Positions 62,201 through 64,000 of a stretch of 64,000 bases of DNA are shown here, in pieces. The notes under the pieces are model-generated. The model ran no database searches and had not been told where the DNA came from. It saw nothing but the letters and a program-made list of their open reading frames with translations. Each line of letters opens with the position of its first letter. Positions within the stretch are counted from its first letter, which is position 1. A program made the position numbers and the translations under genes. The DNA lies in the NCBI GenBank assembly GCA_963741935.1, contig CAVUJY010000011.1:9537-73536 (forward strand), in the 5' to 3' direction. The stretch comes from an uncultured Bacteroidales bacterium. GTDB lineage: Bacteria > Bacteroidota > Bacteroidia > Bacteroidales > VadinHA17.

Positions 62201-62554
62201 AACTCTGCATCTAAAAGAGCTGGATTTATGTCAAATGGAAAATATTTACTTGAAACTATTTATGCAAGCAAGATGCCAATAGGTATCTCTTTAAAGATGG
62301 ATGAGAGTTTTGTATTTAATGAATGGCCGATAGAACAGGTATTTCATATTATCTTTTTTCAGATGGTTACCAGGATCAATTTGGGGGACCTACATGGACG
62401 AAAATTTATGAAAAAAGCATTCAAGGAATTTATTCTCAGTATACAGGATTACCCGATGGACAAGCAAAAGGAACTTATCGATAATAATCTGAAGGAATGG
62501 ATGGGATCAACACCACAGATTGATGATATTCTTGTAATGGGGATAAAAACCTGA
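59201..62554 (+). CDS. sensor protein with periplasmic beta-propeller repeats, Y_Y_Y domain, TM helix and cytoplasmic PP2C/SpoIIE phosphatase
   Basis: Y_Y_Y region YSYKLDGFDKEWSAWEG...NLPYGHYIFRVRAK. TM helix WYATIAALLGFIIIALIIIYLVI. PP2C motifs SGDFYWM, VAADCTGHGVPGAFMS and DGMDIAILVID. The open ORF hides a compensated double frameshift at about 62350-62395. Confidence 0.8.
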   Translation: MRKIVILFILLIPGLNSTGQTNKYGVPLVKNYMTQLTPGSEQNWCITKDNFGNIYLGSQDRGVTRYDGTKWTSIKIGKNPRIYSLESDSRGIVYVGAAFEFGYLQPDKRGNTEYISLASRLDSISEIKVVYSIVIENGKVLFLSPKFVYIYDIVRDSLSKINLLKYKLIDALRLVKVNDKLIIADNFGGLFELNDTVITQLPGGEFFKNKNCLVFLPYDHNRVLIGTFYDGVFLYDYKTGDVNSNFIDHNINEKLKQVSVYAGAMIKSGLYAFGTTNQEGILIFNHSGKLVQQIRKENSALEDNTIYSMYCDYMNDGELWFSTLGYINKAYTNLPLTEFGDKQGIGSGVNKISNFHGDLYLSSDAGILKSYTDEQNGTGFKKIEGINTQVFPLEIIKSEEGNILLAGSLNALLELSAKGKISNVEKNCTGLPVKYPIVFNVKKILQSSNDRSIVYLGLDAGGMVFLRFNGDHWSFINRDKKIPGVISGIVEKKEGGLWILTDDPVALYSMEISGKDTLVLKYGRDKGVPDIDINSINSFNNDIYLTTGNGMLKYLVPEDKFIPDDSLTGGYSFHKSCQGIYPDSDGDIWFSGIDKNRIEMLFRKTKEGYIGYSGVLSLLPNVALMDIMYLDGKIFLLKSKTVYVLDKAGLIPDTTTVNSFFVRILAGSDSVVMQRTFFKTIEKGKRIPQHSQIIGEVPEYGFDMNEISFEWTTPYYTEELLTEYSYKLDGFDKEWSAWEGISYGNTMEAQYSKRKYTNLPYGHYIFRVRAKTLTGLKGNELSYEFVILKPWYATIAALLGFIIIALIIIYLVIKAYTKKLINENIRLEGIVAERTAVVVKQKEELESSIHYASRIQMALLPSEAILKENIKNYFVLFKPRDIVSGDFYWMTRKGDRLYIVAADCTGHGVPGAFMSLLGMSFLDEIIDKDSAPKANIILNELRLHVTESLKQVGDDDEAKDGMDIAILVIDFKTKMMEYSGAYNPCFKVRKLNEDDDINNQNSASKRAGFMSNGKYLLETIYASKMPIGISLKMDESFVFNEWPIEQVFHIIFFQMVTRINLGDLHGRKFMKKAFKEFILSIQDYPMDKQKELIDNNLKEWMGSTPQIDDILVMGIKT

Positions 62555-62667
62555 AGACTTATTGTATACTCATACTGGAATATCAGACAGGTAATATTCT
62601 TAATTAAAGTTAATAGTTTCTGAACTGCATCAAAACTTCGTATATTGTAAATTATAAAATTAGAAAT

Positions 62668-63420
62668 ATGAGCAACAATCATTCAATCAGAGGATTAAGG
62701 GTTTTTATAACCTTAATAATTATAGCTATGTACACATCCGCTTTTTCTCAGGAGATACCTACTTATGATAAACTTAACACTTCAGCAGGAATTGTAGAAA
62801 TGCACTTCATAGGGCATGGATCGTTGATGTTTAAAATAAATGGTTCAATAATTTACATTGATCCTGTTCGTTCTTCAGGCAATTATGAATTCATGCCGAA
62901 AGCTGATATAATTCTGGTAACTCATGACCATGGTGATCATCTTGATCCTACATTAATTGGCGATCTGAAAAAGCCGGGTACTCTCCTGTTTACAAATGAA
63001 AGTTCTGCTGCAAAAGTCACCTGGGCTATGGTTATGAAAGCCGGAGACAGACAGGAGATTAATAATATTGTGATTGAGGCTGTTCCTGCCTATAATATTG
63101 TAAATGAAAGGGCCCCCGGACAACCTTTTCATCCCAAAGGGGTAGGAGTAGGCTATATTCTCGGCTATGGAGGTAAAAGAATTTATGTGGCAGGCGATAC
63201 TGAGAATACACCGGAGATGAAGGCTTTAAAGAATATTGATGTCGCTTTCCTTCCGATGAACCTGCCTTATACAATGACCCCTGAAATGGTTGCAGATGCT
63301 GCGCTCGCATTCAGACCAAAAATATTATATCCATATCATTATGGAGAGACTAATACCGACGAACTTTTAAAACTCTTGAAAGATAGTGGCATTACTGTAC
63401 GAATTAGAAACTTAAAATAG
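62668..63420 (+). CDS. secreted MBL-fold metallo-hydrolase
   Basis: Signal peptide, then HFIGHGSLMF and ILVTHDHGDHLD (HxHxDH motif). Confidence 0.85.
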   Translation: MSNNHSIRGLRVFITLIIIAMYTSAFSQEIPTYDKLNTSAGIVEMHFIGHGSLMFKINGSIIYIDPVRSSGNYEFMPKADIILVTHDHGDHLDPTLIGDLKKPGTLLFTNESSAAKVTWAMVMKAGDRQEINNIVIEAVPAYNIVNERAPGQPFHPKGVGVGYILGYGGKRIYVAGDTENTPEMKALKNIDVAFLPMNLPYTMTPEMVADAALAFRPKILYPYHYGETNTDELLKLLKDSGITVRIRNLK

Positions 63421-63601
63421 GTATTAGCTAGAAGAGCATTCGCTGAAGGGAAAAAGAGCAATCTAATGATCACAAATGCTGAAACCGGATTGTTTTGTTC
63501 TGATTGCATATCGGGTATTCAGGTTTGCTGATGTACCGGCTGATTTTCTTATATGATTGTGGATTCCTTTTATTAATCCGATGAGATAAAGTAAATATTT
63601 T

Positions 63602-64000
63602 ATGTTGAAAACTAAATTTTTTACAATCCTGTCCTTTTTGTTTTTAATAGGATCAGTTTCTGCTCAGAACCTTGCATTGCCTTCGCTCCAAGGGTTTAAG
63701 AAGATTGAAAATTATCCAGTATTTACGCCTGAGACATTGTGGGATTTTATTAACGGTGCTGCTGATACTTACCTGGCATATGGATTTCAAAATCTGCATG
63801 TTGCAGAATATAAGAAGGGCAAGAATATTATTAAGCTTGAAGTGTATAAGCTCAGTAATAATATTATGGCTTTCGGTATATATTCAAGTGAGCGATCTCC
63901 GTCTTTTCAGTTTGTAAATATTGGTGCACAGGGATATAAGATAGATGGAACTATTAACTTTTTTAAGGGAGATTATTATATTAAAATCAGGACCTTTTCC
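63602..64000 (+). CDS. secreted hypothetical protein, truncated by the window end
   Basis: ATG 63602, with MLKTKFFTILSFLFLIGSVSAQ signal. The frame stays open to the window end and is absent from the track because there is no stop. Overlapping track ORF 63672-63917 is rejected. Confidence 0.45.
   Translation, partial: MLKTKFFTILSFLFLIGSVSAQNLALPSLQGFKKIENYPVFTPETLWDFINGAADTYLAYGFQNLHVAEYKKGKNIIKLEVYKLSNNIMAFGIYSSERSPSFQFVNIGAQGYKIDGTINFFKGDYYIKIRTFS

Noticed and set aside
1-64000. Programmed ribosomal frameshifting or recoding as the explanation for the split genes
   Set aside because: The breaks occur in many unrelated genes and in both directions. They share no slippery heptamer or downstream structure, and they often sit in homopolymers or at start or stop regions. 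One is a locally compensated pair.
1-64000. Mobile elements, prophage or a defence island
   Set aside because: I recognised no integrase, transposase, restriction-modification, toxin-antitoxin or phage structural genes in any frame. The gene content is metabolic and envelope housekeeping.

Overview
AT-rich chromosomal segment of Bacteroidota type. Supporting signs are a type-A T9SS C-terminal sorting domain, lipoprotein and TAT signal peptides, a TAnnTTTG -7 box, and Gfo/Idh/MocA + DUF1080 gene pairs. I can support about 55 protein-coding genes. By eye I found no rRNA, tRNA, CRISPR array, transposase or integrase. Housekeeping genes include ssb, mltG, murB, iorAB, ggt, an M28 peptidase, DPP-III, and an exonuclease/GIY-YIG fusion. 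Roughly half of the genes are interrupted by +/-1 frameshifts, about 45 by eye. Several sit at homopolymer runs, so assembly indel error is more likely than true pseudogenisation; I still list these genes as pseudogenes because that is what the given sequence shows. The main find is a tightly coupled seven-gene Hyf/complex-I-like membrane module (23188-32495). Its hydrogenase large and small subunits have lost the canonical [NiFe] and proximal [4Fe-4S] cysteine ligands, and no electron-input or maturation genes lie in the window. It therefore looks like an Ehr-like complex of unknown function. Secondary observations: (1) a sugar locus (41466-54451) with repeated TAT-exported Gfo/Idh/MocA oxidoreductase + DUF1080 pairs and a xylose-isomerase-like TIM barrel, suggesting oxidative, non-hydrolytic glycoside cleavage; (2) a perfect TGTGA-N6-TCACA palindrome at class-II distance from a TAnnTTTG box, just downstream of a Crp/Fnr gene; (3) several families of short word-stutter and palindromic intergenic repeats; (4) a locally compensated double frameshift inside an otherwise open 1117-aa sensor gene.
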